A DNA stretch of 64,000 nucleotides, from NCBI GenBank assembly GCA_965200355.1, contig OZ241351.1:529884-593883 (forward strand), read 5' to 3'. This document shows, one piece after another, positions 46,366 to 56,483 of the stretch (position 1 is its first letter; each line of letters starts with the position of its first letter). This stretch comes from an uncultured Candidatus Binatia bacterium. Its GTDB lineage: Bacteria; Desulfobacterota; Binatia; Bin18. Both the position numbers and the translations under genes were made by a program. A model generated the notes under the pieces. The model did not search any database, was not told the DNA's origin, and saw only the letters and a list, made by a program, of their open reading frames with translations.

Positions 46366-49330
46366 CTAGGAGAACCCGACACTCACCCCCACGAACCAGT
46401 AGCGGCCCAGACCATCATACAGACCGGGAAAGGTGTTACCGTTGCCGGCGATGGTCGGCCCTGCTGCTGAGCTTACGATTGGCGGGGCCTTGTCGAACAG
46501 ATTGTTCACACCGACGCGGAGGCTGGTGTGTTCATTATAATTCCAGATCGCGGCCAGGTCGAAGTAATGCCGCGCCCCGAGATCGATTTGGTCAGAATTG
46601 AGATCTTCGACGCTGCTGATGTAGCGCCACATGAAACTCGGCCGCAGCCCCCACGGGGTCACCCAGGTGGCGCGTAGCGTGTTCCGAATATCCGGGGTTG
46701 GAAAACCACAGGTAGCCCCCCAGTTGCCAGCGCAGTCTAACTTGCGCGCCCCTTCTAACTCCTGCTTATCCCAGGTGGAGGTGAGCGACAGGATGTCGCT
46801 GAAGCGCAGCCGCCCCCAGCGGCCGACCCCCAAGTCATACGCAACGGTAAAGTCGAACCCCTGCACTTCTTCAACCGCCAGATTGTCCAGCAGCGACACA
46901 ATATGGCCGGCGCTCTCGAGGTCGGAGCCGAGCCACAGGTCGCCGCTGCGCCCCCGTTTGACTTTGGCGCACTGCGATTCGTTCCCGTCCAGACATTGAT
47001 TGAGGATGAACTCCGGCGTCAAGGTGCTGATGCCTTGGCTGATTTCAGTCGAATAATAGTCCAGGCTGAAGTTGAAGCCAGGGATAAAACGGGGCGTCCA
47101 CACCAAGCCTAAGGAGTACGTATCTGATTCCTCAGAGGCCAGGTCCGGGTTGCCGCCTTGCAGAAAATTGTACTGGTCGGCTGGTGAGTTCTCGATATTA
47201 CCAAACTGGGTAGCGGTCACGCCGCTGCGGGCGCATTCCTCAAGGCTGCGGCCTTCAGCCGTCCGGCCGTTTGTGACCGGCCCGGCACAAGGGTCGGCAT
47301 TCATATCGAACGGGTTAAAGCCCTGCGGCAGGAAGCGTTCCCGCACATTGGGGCCGCGAATCGCCCGCTGGAAACTGGCCCGCAGCCTGATGTCGGCATT
47401 GAGGGCCCAGCTTGCCCGGACGCCAAAGGTATGCGTCTGCTCGCCGTAATCGTAGTCCGAGTAGCGATAGCCCCCATCCAGCCCCAGCTCTTCCACAAAG
47501 CGGACGCCATCGACCAGCGGGATACCGACTTCGATGAAAAATTCCGTCACGTCGGAGCCCCCGCTGACAGGCGGGCGGGCGCCGCCCTGGCCGGCCCCAT
47601 CGCCGCTGCGGTAGGCTTGGTCCGGGTTGAATTTCAAATTGTCATCGCGGTATTCGCCGCCCAGGACCACATCCACGCCCGGAGCCGCCAGCGGCGAGCG
47701 CAGGCCATACTGACCCAGATTCCCGGCAATATACCCAGACACAACCGTCTGGTCGGTCGCCCCGCTGGCCGACAGGGGCAAGGTCAGGTAGTCAATCATC
47801 TCCTGGGTCACTGCGCCCTCCCGAAAGATATTCCAGGGGACGCAGTTCGGGTCGGAACCATCCAGCACCGACCGGCAGACGGTTCGACCTGTTGCCGGGT
47901 CTCTGACCGCGTCCAGCGCCCGCCCGACCCGGGTGATCGACAGGTCGTTCAGATAGGTGTTCTGCATCCGGACCTCGGAGTATTGGTAGAACAGGTCGTA
48001 GCGCCAATGCTCACTCAGGTCGCCGCGCAATCCGACCACGCCGCGATACGAGGTGTGATGCAGGTCGTCTTGCCGGTTCCCGCCCTCCACGTTCCGGCGG
48101 CCGATAAAGACCTGCTGGCGGTCATCCCGCGTCAATCCATAGGCCCCGCACAGGGCTTCAAACTGTTGTGGGGACAGGAATGGATTGCCGCAGCCGAGCG
48201 TATCGGTCACAAAGAACGCGCCCGAGGGGGCAATCTGAGCGACCGAGCTATTGTCCATGAACATGAACTCCGTATATGCCTCAACCTGGTCATGCAGGTC
48301 GTAGTGGGCAAACAGGCCGGCGGTCCAGCGTCGGTTGGGGCGCTGAAAATAGTTCGACGGCGCATAGTTGAACAGGGTCCCTTGGCGGGGCACGAAGCGG
48401 TCGCCCTCCACTTTATAGTCAAAGCTCTCCAGCCCCTGACTGCGTAACAGGCCAAAGTCGGAAAAGGTCCCCTGCGGCTGAGTGGCCGAGCCGGAGCAGC
48501 CGGTCAGGTCGCTGCTCAGCGCACACGAACTATAATCGCGGTCGGCCTGGAGCACCGGGTCGATATCGCGGTAGGTCCCGTAGACCGTGACGTTGCCGCG
48601 GTCCAGGTTCTTCCCGGCGATCAGCGAGACATTCGAGATGTCGCCGTCCCACTCCGAGCCGTCAGCGACCTCATAGCCGGCGTCCCGGACAATCCGCTGA
48701 AAGCGGTCGTTGGTTGCCGTGCTGGTACTGGCTGAACTGGTAATCGAGCTTGATACCCTCAAAATCGTCAACCATCAGAAAGTTAATCACGCCGGCGACC
48801 GCATCTGACCCATAAGTGGCCGAGGAGCCGCCGGTCAGCACCTCGACGTTCTTGATCAGCGCGCCCGGAATCTGGTTGATATCGGCCCCCGCGCCGCCTT
48901 GCAGCGGCGAGCCGGCCGGCAAGCGGCGACCGTTGACCAGCACCAGGGTCCGTTCTGCGCCCAGATTCCGCAGATTCAAGGTCGAGGTGCCAGTGGCACC
49001 GTACGACTGGCTGTCGTTCTGGGCAGAGTAGACTTGCGGCAGGGTCCGCAGCATGTCCTCCACCCGGACGGTGCCCTGAAACGACAAGTCTTCAGCGTCA
49101 ACCTGGATGACCGGGCTGGAACTGACCAAATTCGCCCTTTGGATACGTGAGCCGGTTACGACCAGGGCTTCCAGTTCTGCCGGCTCCTGGCGAGATTCAG
49201 CCTCCGGCTGCTCGGCGCTCGGCTGCTCGGCGCTCGGCTGCTCGGCGTCCGCGGCCAGGGCCGACGCGGGGAGACTGGCTAGGAGCAGGGCCAGGGCGAC
49301 TCGACTCCACACTACGGTTCTTTTTGTCAT
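46366..49330 (-). CDS. TonB-dependent receptor (large, about 985 aa), copy 1; apparent -1/+1 frameshift near 48705
   Basis: Signal peptide, an (AEQPS)n low-complexity stretch, plug domain (ORF 48671-49330), and a beta-barrel ending in a C-terminal Phe (ORF 46366-48771). The frames join at AACCAACGACC; removing one C restores HGNNDRF, which matches copy 2. Confidence 0.8.
49190..49245. repeat. 15-bp tandem repeat (GGCTGCTCGGCGCTC x3) encoding AEQPS repeats
   Basis: Seen directly inside the N-terminus of TBDR copy 1. Confidence 0.6.
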
Positions 49331-49363
49331 GACAACTCCTTTGTTGCTGTCTGGAGTATCCGG

Positions 49364-52300
49364 TCAGGAGATGCCCACGCTCATCCCGACGAACCAGTAC
49401 CGGCCCAGGGCATCGTACAGGCCGGGGAAGGTGTTACCGCCCCGGCCGGCCTCACCGATAATCGGCGGTTCCTTGTCAAACAGGTTGCGGATGCCGATCC
49501 GCAGGCTGGCGTACTGGTTGACCTCCCAGAGCACCGACAGGTCGAAATAGTGCCGGGCATTGACCGGGATGGGGCGGTCCGGGTCGGTCTCGGTGCTGGT
49601 GCTGATATAGCGCCACATCAGACTGGGCTGCACCCCCCAGGGACTCCGCCAGGTGGTCCGCATAATGTTACGGATTCTCGGGGTCGGGGTGCCGCAAGAG
49701 TAGCCCCAGCTCCCGGCGCAGGCGACCTTCGGAATATCATCCGTTGCTTTCAGGGTATAGGTATCGAGAAAGGACAGCCGGTCCGTAAAGTTGACCGAGC
49801 CGTAGCGGCCAAGACTGAGTACATAGTCCACGCTGAAATCGTAGCCGCGGACCTCGGCAATAGCCAGGTTCTCCAGTACGGCCTCAACATGGCCGGTGGT
49901 CTCGATGGTGTTGGAAGACAGCCACAGGTCGCCGCCCGGTCCGCGATTGACCTTGTCGCACTGAGAGAGGTTGCCGTCCAGGCAATGATTCAGGACCGTC
50001 TCGGGCGACAGCGCGCCGACCCCGCCCTTGAGCTCGATTTCGTAATAATCCATGCCAATGCTGAGGCCCTCAAGAAATCTAGGGGTAAAGGTCAGGCCGA
50101 ACGAGTAGGTATCCGCATCTTCGGGAAGCAGGTCGGGATTGCCCCCGATCAGGAAATTGTACTGACCGGCCGGTGAGTCGGGGATATTACCGAACTGCTC
50201 GGCGGTCACTCCGCTCCGGGCGCACTCCTCAAGGGTGCGGCCGGACGCGGTTCTGCCGTCCACCACCTCGCCGGCGCACGGGTCGGCGGTCATATAGATC
50301 AGGCCCAGCCGCTGGGGCAGGAATTGTTCCCGGATACTCGGGGCGCGCACGGCCCGCTGATAGCTGCCGCGCAGGCTGATGTCATGGCTGATGGCCCAGC
50401 CGGCCCGCACGCCGTAGGTATCGGTCTGGACGCCGTACCAGGACGAGCGATAGCCGCCGTTGACGATCAGTTGCTGGATAAACGGCACGTCTTCGATGAG
50501 CGGAATGCCGGCTTCAATGAAAACCGCTGGCACGTCGAAGCCACCCTTGAGCGGCTGCTGTGCACCGCCAAAGCCGGCCCCGTCACCGCTCTGGCTTCCG
50601 AGGTCGGGCTTGTATTTCAGATTTTCCTCTCGCCATTCGACGCCCAAGGCGATTTTGGCGCCGGTGGTGGCAAACGGAGAGACCAGGCCGTATTGTCCGA
50701 GATTAGCCGAGACCTGGCCGGATATGACATGCTGATTGGTGCTGCCGCGGGTGGTGTACGTTCCGGCGATATAGTCGGTCATGTCTTTGGTGACCGCGCC
50801 GTCCTGGAAGATGTTCCAGGGGACACAGTTCGGGTCGGCCCCGGTCAGCATCGACCGACACACGATATCCCCGCTCACCGGGTCGTATACCGCATCCAGG
50901 GCGCGGTTGATCCGGCTGGCCGACAGGCCGTTGACGAATTTGCTCAGCGCGCGCACCTCGGCGTATTGGTAATGCAGATTATAGCGCCAGGCATCGGCAA
51001 TCTCGCCCCGCAGCCCGAACACGCCACGATAGGAGGTGTGGTGCAGGTAATCTTTGCGATTGCCGCTCTCGACGCTACGCCGCCCGATATACACATTCTG
51101 AATGTCTTCCCGCGTCAAGCCGTACTGGCCGCACAGGGCCTGAAACTGCTGTTCAGACAGAAAGGCGTTGCCGCAGTGCAGATAGCGCTGCCTGAAAAAC
51201 GAGCCCGAGGGCGCAATCTGGGGGTGGTGCGGTCGTCCATGAACATGAGTTCGGTGTACGCCTCAACGTGTTCGTTCAGGTCATAGTGGGCAAAGGCACC
51301 GGCGGTCCAACGGGTGTCGGGCCGTTGAAAATGATTCGGGGGCGCGTAGTTGTAGAGGCGACCGTCCCAGTCGGTGAACTTATCTCCTTCGACCTGGTAG
51401 AAGAACGGCGGTCCGGGGTCGTATCCGTCCCTCACTTGGCGGGTGCCGAAGTCGGCAAACAACCCCTTGGGGATGGTGCCTGAGCCGACACACCGGTCAA
51501 GGTTGGGTGTCAAATCGCAACTGGAGTGGTCTCGGTCGCCCAGGAAAACCTCTCCGCCATCCCGCCAAGTCGCATAGGCGGTGATATTGCCGCGATCACC
51601 GTTCAGGTTTTTCCCCAGAATGAGCGACACATTCGACAGCTCGCCGTCCGCGGTCGAGTCGTCGGCCACGTGATAGCCCTGACCGGAGATCAGTTTTTTC
51701 ACCGAGCGGTTGTCATTATCGTGCTGGTGCTGGCTGAACTGATAATCCAGCTTGATTCCCTCGAAGTTGTCGATCAATACGAAGTTAATCACGCCGGCGA
51801 CCGCATCCGAACCATAGGTCACAGAGGAGCCGCCGGTCAGGACATCCACGCGCTTGAGCAGAGCGCCCGGAACCTGGTTAATATCCTCGTTGCCAGTCCC
51901 GCCCCAGGGCGAGCCGGCCGGCATCCGACGGCCGTTAATTAACACCAGGATGCGCGACGAGCCCAGGTGGCGCAGGTTCAGGGTCGCGATCCCGTTCGCG
52001 CCGTTGGCGTTGGAGGCATCCTGACCGCCGGTAAAAACCGAAGGCAGGGAGCGGACCAGCTCTTCCACCCGAACGGTTCCCTGGTGCAGCACTTCTTCGG
52101 CGTCAATACTGACAATCGGGCCAAGCTCGACCTGGTCGTCCGCTTGCAGGAGACGCGACCCGGTGGTGGTCACGACCAGGGGTTTCAGGGCCTCTGGTTT
52201 CTGCGGCTCTTGGCTGGATTCAGCCGGCGGCTCTTCACCGGCTTGCGCCTGTTCAGCGTCCGCCTGAGCGGTGTTTTCGGCCCTGACCTGTCCGGCGAGG

Positions 52301-52434
52301 GCAATGGCGAGGGCCAGCGTTGTGACAAGAGCGGCCCAGCGTGTATACGCTTGCCACTGAGCCAGACCGAGGGGCAGGGTTTCATCCTGGCCCACAACTT
52401 TATCCTGGCCCACAACAAAGTGCGGTTTGGTCAT
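49364..52434 (-). CDS. TonB-dependent receptor (large), copy 2; apparent frameshift near 51240
   Basis: Collinear paralog of copy 1 (plug ORF 51115-52557, barrel ORF 49364-51118). The frame breaks in a C5 run (ACCACCCCCAGATT); a C6 run would give MFMDDRTTPQIAPSG, matching copy 1. Start at MTKPHF (52434). A tandem 15-bp repeat lies at about 52388-52418. Confidence 0.8.
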
Positions 52435-52622
52435 AATGTCTTCCTCATCCTTGGGCAACACGACTATAGGGCGAATGTTTTCGGCGGTATTGTGGCACGC
52501 ATTTGAGCCGCGTTCAAAGGCTGGTTGTGATTTGTGGACAGCCCTTGGTGGGTACACTACCTCCCCTCATGTGTCGAGTGCTGTACCTATTGTGATTTGC
52601 GGCGTTGTGGATTGCGGACCCT

Positions 52623-52915
52623 TCAGAGCAAGTCGTCCATGTCTACGCCCAGGGTCGTGGCAATGGCGGCCAAGGTCTGAGCCGACCCGGTACGTCGGCC
52701 AGTCTCAATCTGGACAGGTAAATCGCGTTGATACAGCGGTCCTGGCCAGTTGCTTCTGTGTCAGTCCGCGCTAGTCACGATACACCCTGACGGCGTTTTC
52801 TCCCGCCAGCAAGCGGTCTGCCACGGCGATGGGAAAGGTTTCTTCATTTTCCACCTTGGCCCGGTCGTACAGTTCTTCGTCGGTCAGACTTGCCTCGCCA
52901 CCCGCCGCTATTATT
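52623..52915 (-). pseudogene. decayed XRE-family HTH gene (HigA-type antitoxin-like remnant)
   Basis: Minus-strand translation gives PIAVADRLLAGENAVRVYRD*RGLTQKQLA... and QIETGRRTGSAQTLAAIATTLGVDMDDLL in different frames, with an in-frame TAG. This is an HTH_3 pattern (LTQxQLA...YLSQIE.G.R) broken by at least two frameshifts and one stop. Confidence 0.45.
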
Positions 52916-52929
52916 CTAATCACGCGGCT

Positions 52930-53739
52930 CTATCGCCGTCGTCGCAAGAAGTCTTCGATCATTTCCTTTTTTGAGTCAATCATTCTGGCGATGAATGCTT
53001 GATAGCTCTCCTTTGGATAATGCGGATTTATGACAAGCGTAATCATTTCAATTGAAATAGAAGACGGCGATATGTGCGCGTACAGGAACTTTAATTCGTC
53101 AAGGTGCTCTTTTAGCGTCAGTTCCCGGCCTGTTGAATACCCCGTCTCGATTCGACGGTTGAGTATTTTTTGGAGTTGTTCATGTGTTGCAATAGAGGTA
53201 GCCGTATCGGAGCGTACATAGACCCTGCCAGATTTGATTTGATCACCATCAGCCATGCTGATGAACGGAAGATAGTGGGGACGATCTTCGACAAGTAGGA
53301 CCTGGAATTTTTTCCCTTTGATTGCACTATATTCGGATTCCTCGAACGAGAAATTGAATACATCGTAGTCGATATCTTCTGGAAGAAATTTCTTTACAGA
53401 ACTGCGTACGTCCGTTTTATCCGTCAATTCGGGAATCCCAACTGAGGACAACGATCCGTCGGTACATTCTTTGACGCCAATGACCATGACACCACCGCCG
53501 GAATTTGCGAAGCCAAGAATGTCACGCGCGAACTCGGCCCTAGCCCCTTTCGGCAACCACCGTTCCTTGAAATCAAGGTAGTCAAATTCGCCGGTATGGT
53601 TTTTCAGCAGTTCTCGTAAATGGCTCCGAGTCGGTTTCTCAAAGAACTTAGCGAACACCTCATAAGTCCATTTTGATTGTTCCTCCTGTTGTGCCACTTT
53701 TGCCACTATCGTCTTTCGAGTCTCGGTAGCTTGACTCAA
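52930..53739 (-). CDS. AlbA_2 (Schlafen-core-like putative nucleic-acid-binding) domain protein
   Basis: DYLDFKERW...ILGFANSGGGVMVIGV...RVYVRSDTATSIATHEQLQKIL matches the AlbA_2 (PF04326) pattern (EFK..., AFANt.GG.l.iGv). In an AT-rich islet. Confidence 0.65.
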   Translation of the reverse strand: MSQATETRKTIVAKVAQQEEQSKWTYEVFAKFFEKPTRSHLRELLKNHTGEFDYLDFKERWLPKGARAEFARDILGFANSGGGVMVIGVKECTDGSLSSVGIPELTDKTDVRSSVKKFLPEDIDYDVFNFSFEESEYSAIKGKKFQVLLVEDRPHYLPFISMADGDQIKSGRVYVRSDTATSIATHEQLQKILNRRIETGYSTGRELTLKEHLDELKFLYAHISPSSISIEMITLVINPHYPKESYQAFIARMIDSKKEMIEDFLRRRR

Positions 53740-53748
53740 AAAGCAGTA

Positions 53749-54924
53749 CTAACGCCGCACGTTATCGTCCTGGACGGCTTGACCTACCATTTGATCAAAG
53801 AGAGCAAGGGCCGCCAACTCAATTTCATCACTAACCTGTTCTCCGAAAGCTATGGTTATTTTGTAGCTAATCCCAGCAGCAACGAGTTGGCCTACAAATG
53901 GTGGAAAACGAGAAAGCTGTTTCACAGCGATTTGTCCTGACATCCGTTTCAATACAAGCATAACGGCTTTAGGCGTTAGATAGCGAGCCGCAAGTTTGGC
54001 GATCCCTTGTTTTATACCTTCCCAATGAGAAGACTGCTTTAGTTCAGGGAATTTTTCATCTACAAATCGTGTTTGCTCGGGAGACATGCCGAAAATACGA
54101 AAAATTTTCTTTGTCATTCTTACAAGGATTCCAACATCAACCGAAATGTCGAGGACGGGTATCGGATTTAACCCATTCGCCGCTGAAGTGACCGCAAACC
54201 ATGATACGACTTTATCAGCAACCACCCTCTTTTCCCTGATAGCCTGTCGAGAGTACGCTGCTGAGTCCGCTCTGAACCGGTCCCGTTTCATGCCTTCTTG
54301 AGAATCAGCAATATCGTTAATCAATTGAGGGAGGTCCCACTTCTTCGGTTTCCTTGTAGAAGTAAGATATACGTGTTTAGGAGCCGGTTTGATGCCATTC
54401 AGCAGGTTGTCCCTGATCTTTTTCAGAGTCTCTGCCTCAGACAAGCCATTATCTTCCCTTTCATCTTCGATGGCTAAGTCAATCTTATTTCGGACAATAA
54501 AACAGGGCTTACGATTATTAACATGAAGAGTCCGATATAGGTGTAAATCTGCTTCATATAATCTGGTACTTGTTACAATTATAAAGCAGTCATAAGAGAG
54601 CAGCTTCAAATCTTGGACATAGGTCTTTTGTGGCCATTTGTTTGTCCCACAGCCGGGCAAATCCACAAAGATTATTCCACCATTAGAAAGCTCTTGGGGC
54701 TCCATTGTCTGCTCCGTGCTTCCCATTTTAGCGATCTTCTCCCCAGCGATTGCATTTATGAGAGACGATTTCCCTGAGCCACTCATGCCTATTACCCCAC
54801 ACTTTATCTCCGTCCGTTCATATTCCTCTTTCATACGCAGAGCTTCGTTGAGAAATTTTCTAATAAAGTCCTCTTGCCCAAAATCTTGACCTATTTCCAT
54901 GATGTTATCCTCTTCTCCTGACAT
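53749..54924 (-). CDS. IIGP/IRG-like (immunity-related GTPase family) GTPase
   Basis: G1 [20 protein letters not shown]3 DLPGCG, G4 RNKID. Extended collinear similarity to the mouse IIGP1 G-domain (NVAVTGETGSGKSSFINTLRG...[35 protein letters not shown]...FVRTKVD versus DLPGCGTNKWPQKTYVQDLKLLSYDCFIIVTSTRL...FIVRNKID). Helical C-terminal domain. AT-rich. Confidence 0.65.
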   Translation of the reverse strand: MSGEEDNIMEIGQDFGQEDFIRKFLNEALRMKEEYERTEIKCGVIGMSGSGKSSLINAIAGEKIAKMGSTEQTMEPQELSNGGIIFVDLPGCGTNKWPQKTYVQDLKLLSYDCFIIVTSTRLYEADLHLYRTLHVNNRKPCFIVRNKIDLAIEDEREDNGLSEAETLKKIRDNLLNGIKPAPKHVYLTSTRKPKKWDLPQLINDIADSQEGMKRDRFRADSAAYSRQAIREKRVVADKVVSWFAVTSAANGLNPIPVLDISVDVGILVRMTKKIFRIFGMSPEQTRFVDEKFPELKQSSHWEGIKQGIAKLAARYLTPKAVMLVLKRMSGQIAVKQLSRFPPFVGQLVAAGISYKITIAFGEQVSDEIELAALALFDQMVGQAVQDDNVRR

Positions 54925-54976
54925 GCTGTCGATATAGTTAAGTACATCCCGGACTGTTTAAGTAGTTAATGGTTTG

Positions 54977-56287
54977 TCACGGCATGAGCCGCATCCCGAT
55001 ATACACCAGGGTAAAGACCGTCAGAAAGACGATGCCGGCCCAACCCAGCAACCGCAGCCAGCGGGGGGGATGCGCGGCCTGCGGGACGTGAGGGCTGAGG
55101 ACGAGCCGATGGTTGGCCAGGGCAATAATCGGCGCAACGAGAAATGAAATAATCGTGGCCAGGTCAATGAGCGTGGTAAAGCTGGTCAGAAACAGCGCAA
55201 TAATCAGATAGCCACCCACCGCACCAATGAGGAGCCAGACGTGATACACCGCGCGGCTGTCCCGTCTGCCCCGACCCCGAGAAAATAACAACGTCCAGGT
55301 GCGGGTCATGGCCCTGGCATAGCCGTCAAAAATGACCAGGGCGGTGCCGAACATGACGGAAAAGGCCGAAGAGGCGATGATGAGATAGCTCCAGTCTCCG
55401 AGCGTTGCGGTGTAGAGCCGAATCACCGCATGGGTGAACTGCGTCCCGCTCTGGTCCGAGAAGGACTGCCCGGAACCGTACATGATGAAGGCCCCGAGCG
55501 TCATAAAGCAGACGGCTAAAAACGCGGTCATCACATACGAGACATTAAAATCGAGCAGCGTCTCCCGCAGGGTCGGCCAGTAGCGGGTCTGTTGAAATCG
55601 TTCAAGCGTCCATAAGCTGTTGAGGGCCGACAGGTCCAAGGGGGCCGGCATCCAGCCCATGAGCGCAATCAGAAAGGCAAAGCCTGAGGCGGTCCAGACC
55701 TCGGACAAGTAAAAGGGCACCGGCGCGGTCGGTCCCCGCACGAGGGTCAGCCCAAAAGCGGTCAGGGTGGACAGCAACAGCACCGTACAAATGACTTTGA
55801 TGAGGCGGTCCAGAGTGCTGTACTCGCCGACCAGCAGAATGCTGACGCAGCCGACGATCAGGCCCAGGGCGGTGTAGATGACGGGCAGGTCAAGCGCGAG
55901 CAGGTTGTTCAGCAGCCCGGCGGTGGTCAGACAGATGGCCGCGATAATAATCGACATCGGGCTGACCGTAATAAACAGGTAGAGGTATAAGGCCCAGTTC
56001 CCGAAGCGTTGATAACCGTCAATCAGGCTTTCTCCGGTCGCGTTGGCATACCGCGAGCCATACTCAAAGGCCGGATACTTCAAGAGATTGGCAATCAGGA
56101 GCGCCCAGAGCAGGGCGTAGCCATAGTTGGCCCCGGCGCGGGTGGACTGTACGAGATGTGAGACGCCGATAGCGGTGCTGGCAAAGAGCAGGCCCGGTCC
56201 CAGGGTCTTGAGCAGGCGCGCCAACTGGCTGTCTTCTGCGTTCGAGGCGGATGTCTCTCTGGCGAAAATCGCTGGTGTGTTTTCCAT
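54977..56287 (-). CDS. mntH: Nramp-family divalent metal (Mn2+/Fe2+) transporter
   Basis: 11-12 TM protein whose N-terminal region LKTLGPGLLFASTAIGVSHLVQST carries the Nramp DPGN-like signature. Confidence 0.85.
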   Translation of the reverse strand: MENTPAIFARETSASNAEDSQLARLLKTLGPGLLFASTAIGVSHLVQSTRAGANYGYALLWALLIANLLKYPAFEYGSRYANATGESLIDGYQRFGNWALYLYLFITVSPMSIIIAAICLTTAGLLNNLLALDLPVIYTALGLIVGCVSILLVGEYSTLDRLIKVICTVLLLSTLTAFGLTLVRGPTAPVPFYLSEVWTASGFAFLIALMGWMPAPLDLSALNSLWTLERFQQTRYWPTLRETLLDFNVSYVMTAFLAVCFMTLGAFIMYGSGQSFSDQSGTQFTHAVIRLYTATLGDWSYLIIASSAFSVMFGTALVIFDGYARAMTRTWTLLFSRGRGRRDSRAVYHVWLLIGAVGGYLIIALFLTSFTTLIDLATIISFLVAPIIALANHRLVLSPHVPQAAHPPRWLRLLGWAGIVFLTVFTLVYIGMRLMP

Positions 56288-56336
56288 ACAAAGCCTGATA
56301 TGAGAGGGCTTGGTGGCCGCTGGTTGCAGCAGACAA

Positions 56337-56395
56337 ACACGACTCTTTCTGGGCTGTCAAGAAGAAGTAGATTCTGGGCTGTCAAGAAGAAGTAG
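56337..56395. promoter_or_regulatory. tandem direct repeat (2 x ~30 bp: TTCTGGGCTGTCAAGAAGAAGTAGA) in the mntH 5' region
   Basis: Seen directly, 50-110 bp upstream of the mntH start. Candidate operator for a metalloregulator. Confidence 0.4.
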
Positions 56396-56483
56396 ACCGG
56401 AATAATGGAGCGCCACGGAGATTCCGCTCTGCCGCGGGAGAATGCTGTCCAACCGTGCATGGACCCAAGGGGGAGGGGTCATG

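Noticed and set aside
48671-49330. 219-aa ORF as a separate small secreted protein
   Set aside because: It is the signal peptide plus plug domain of TonB-dependent receptor copy 1. It is separated from the barrel ORF by a 1-nt frame change that the sister copy shows to be an indel.
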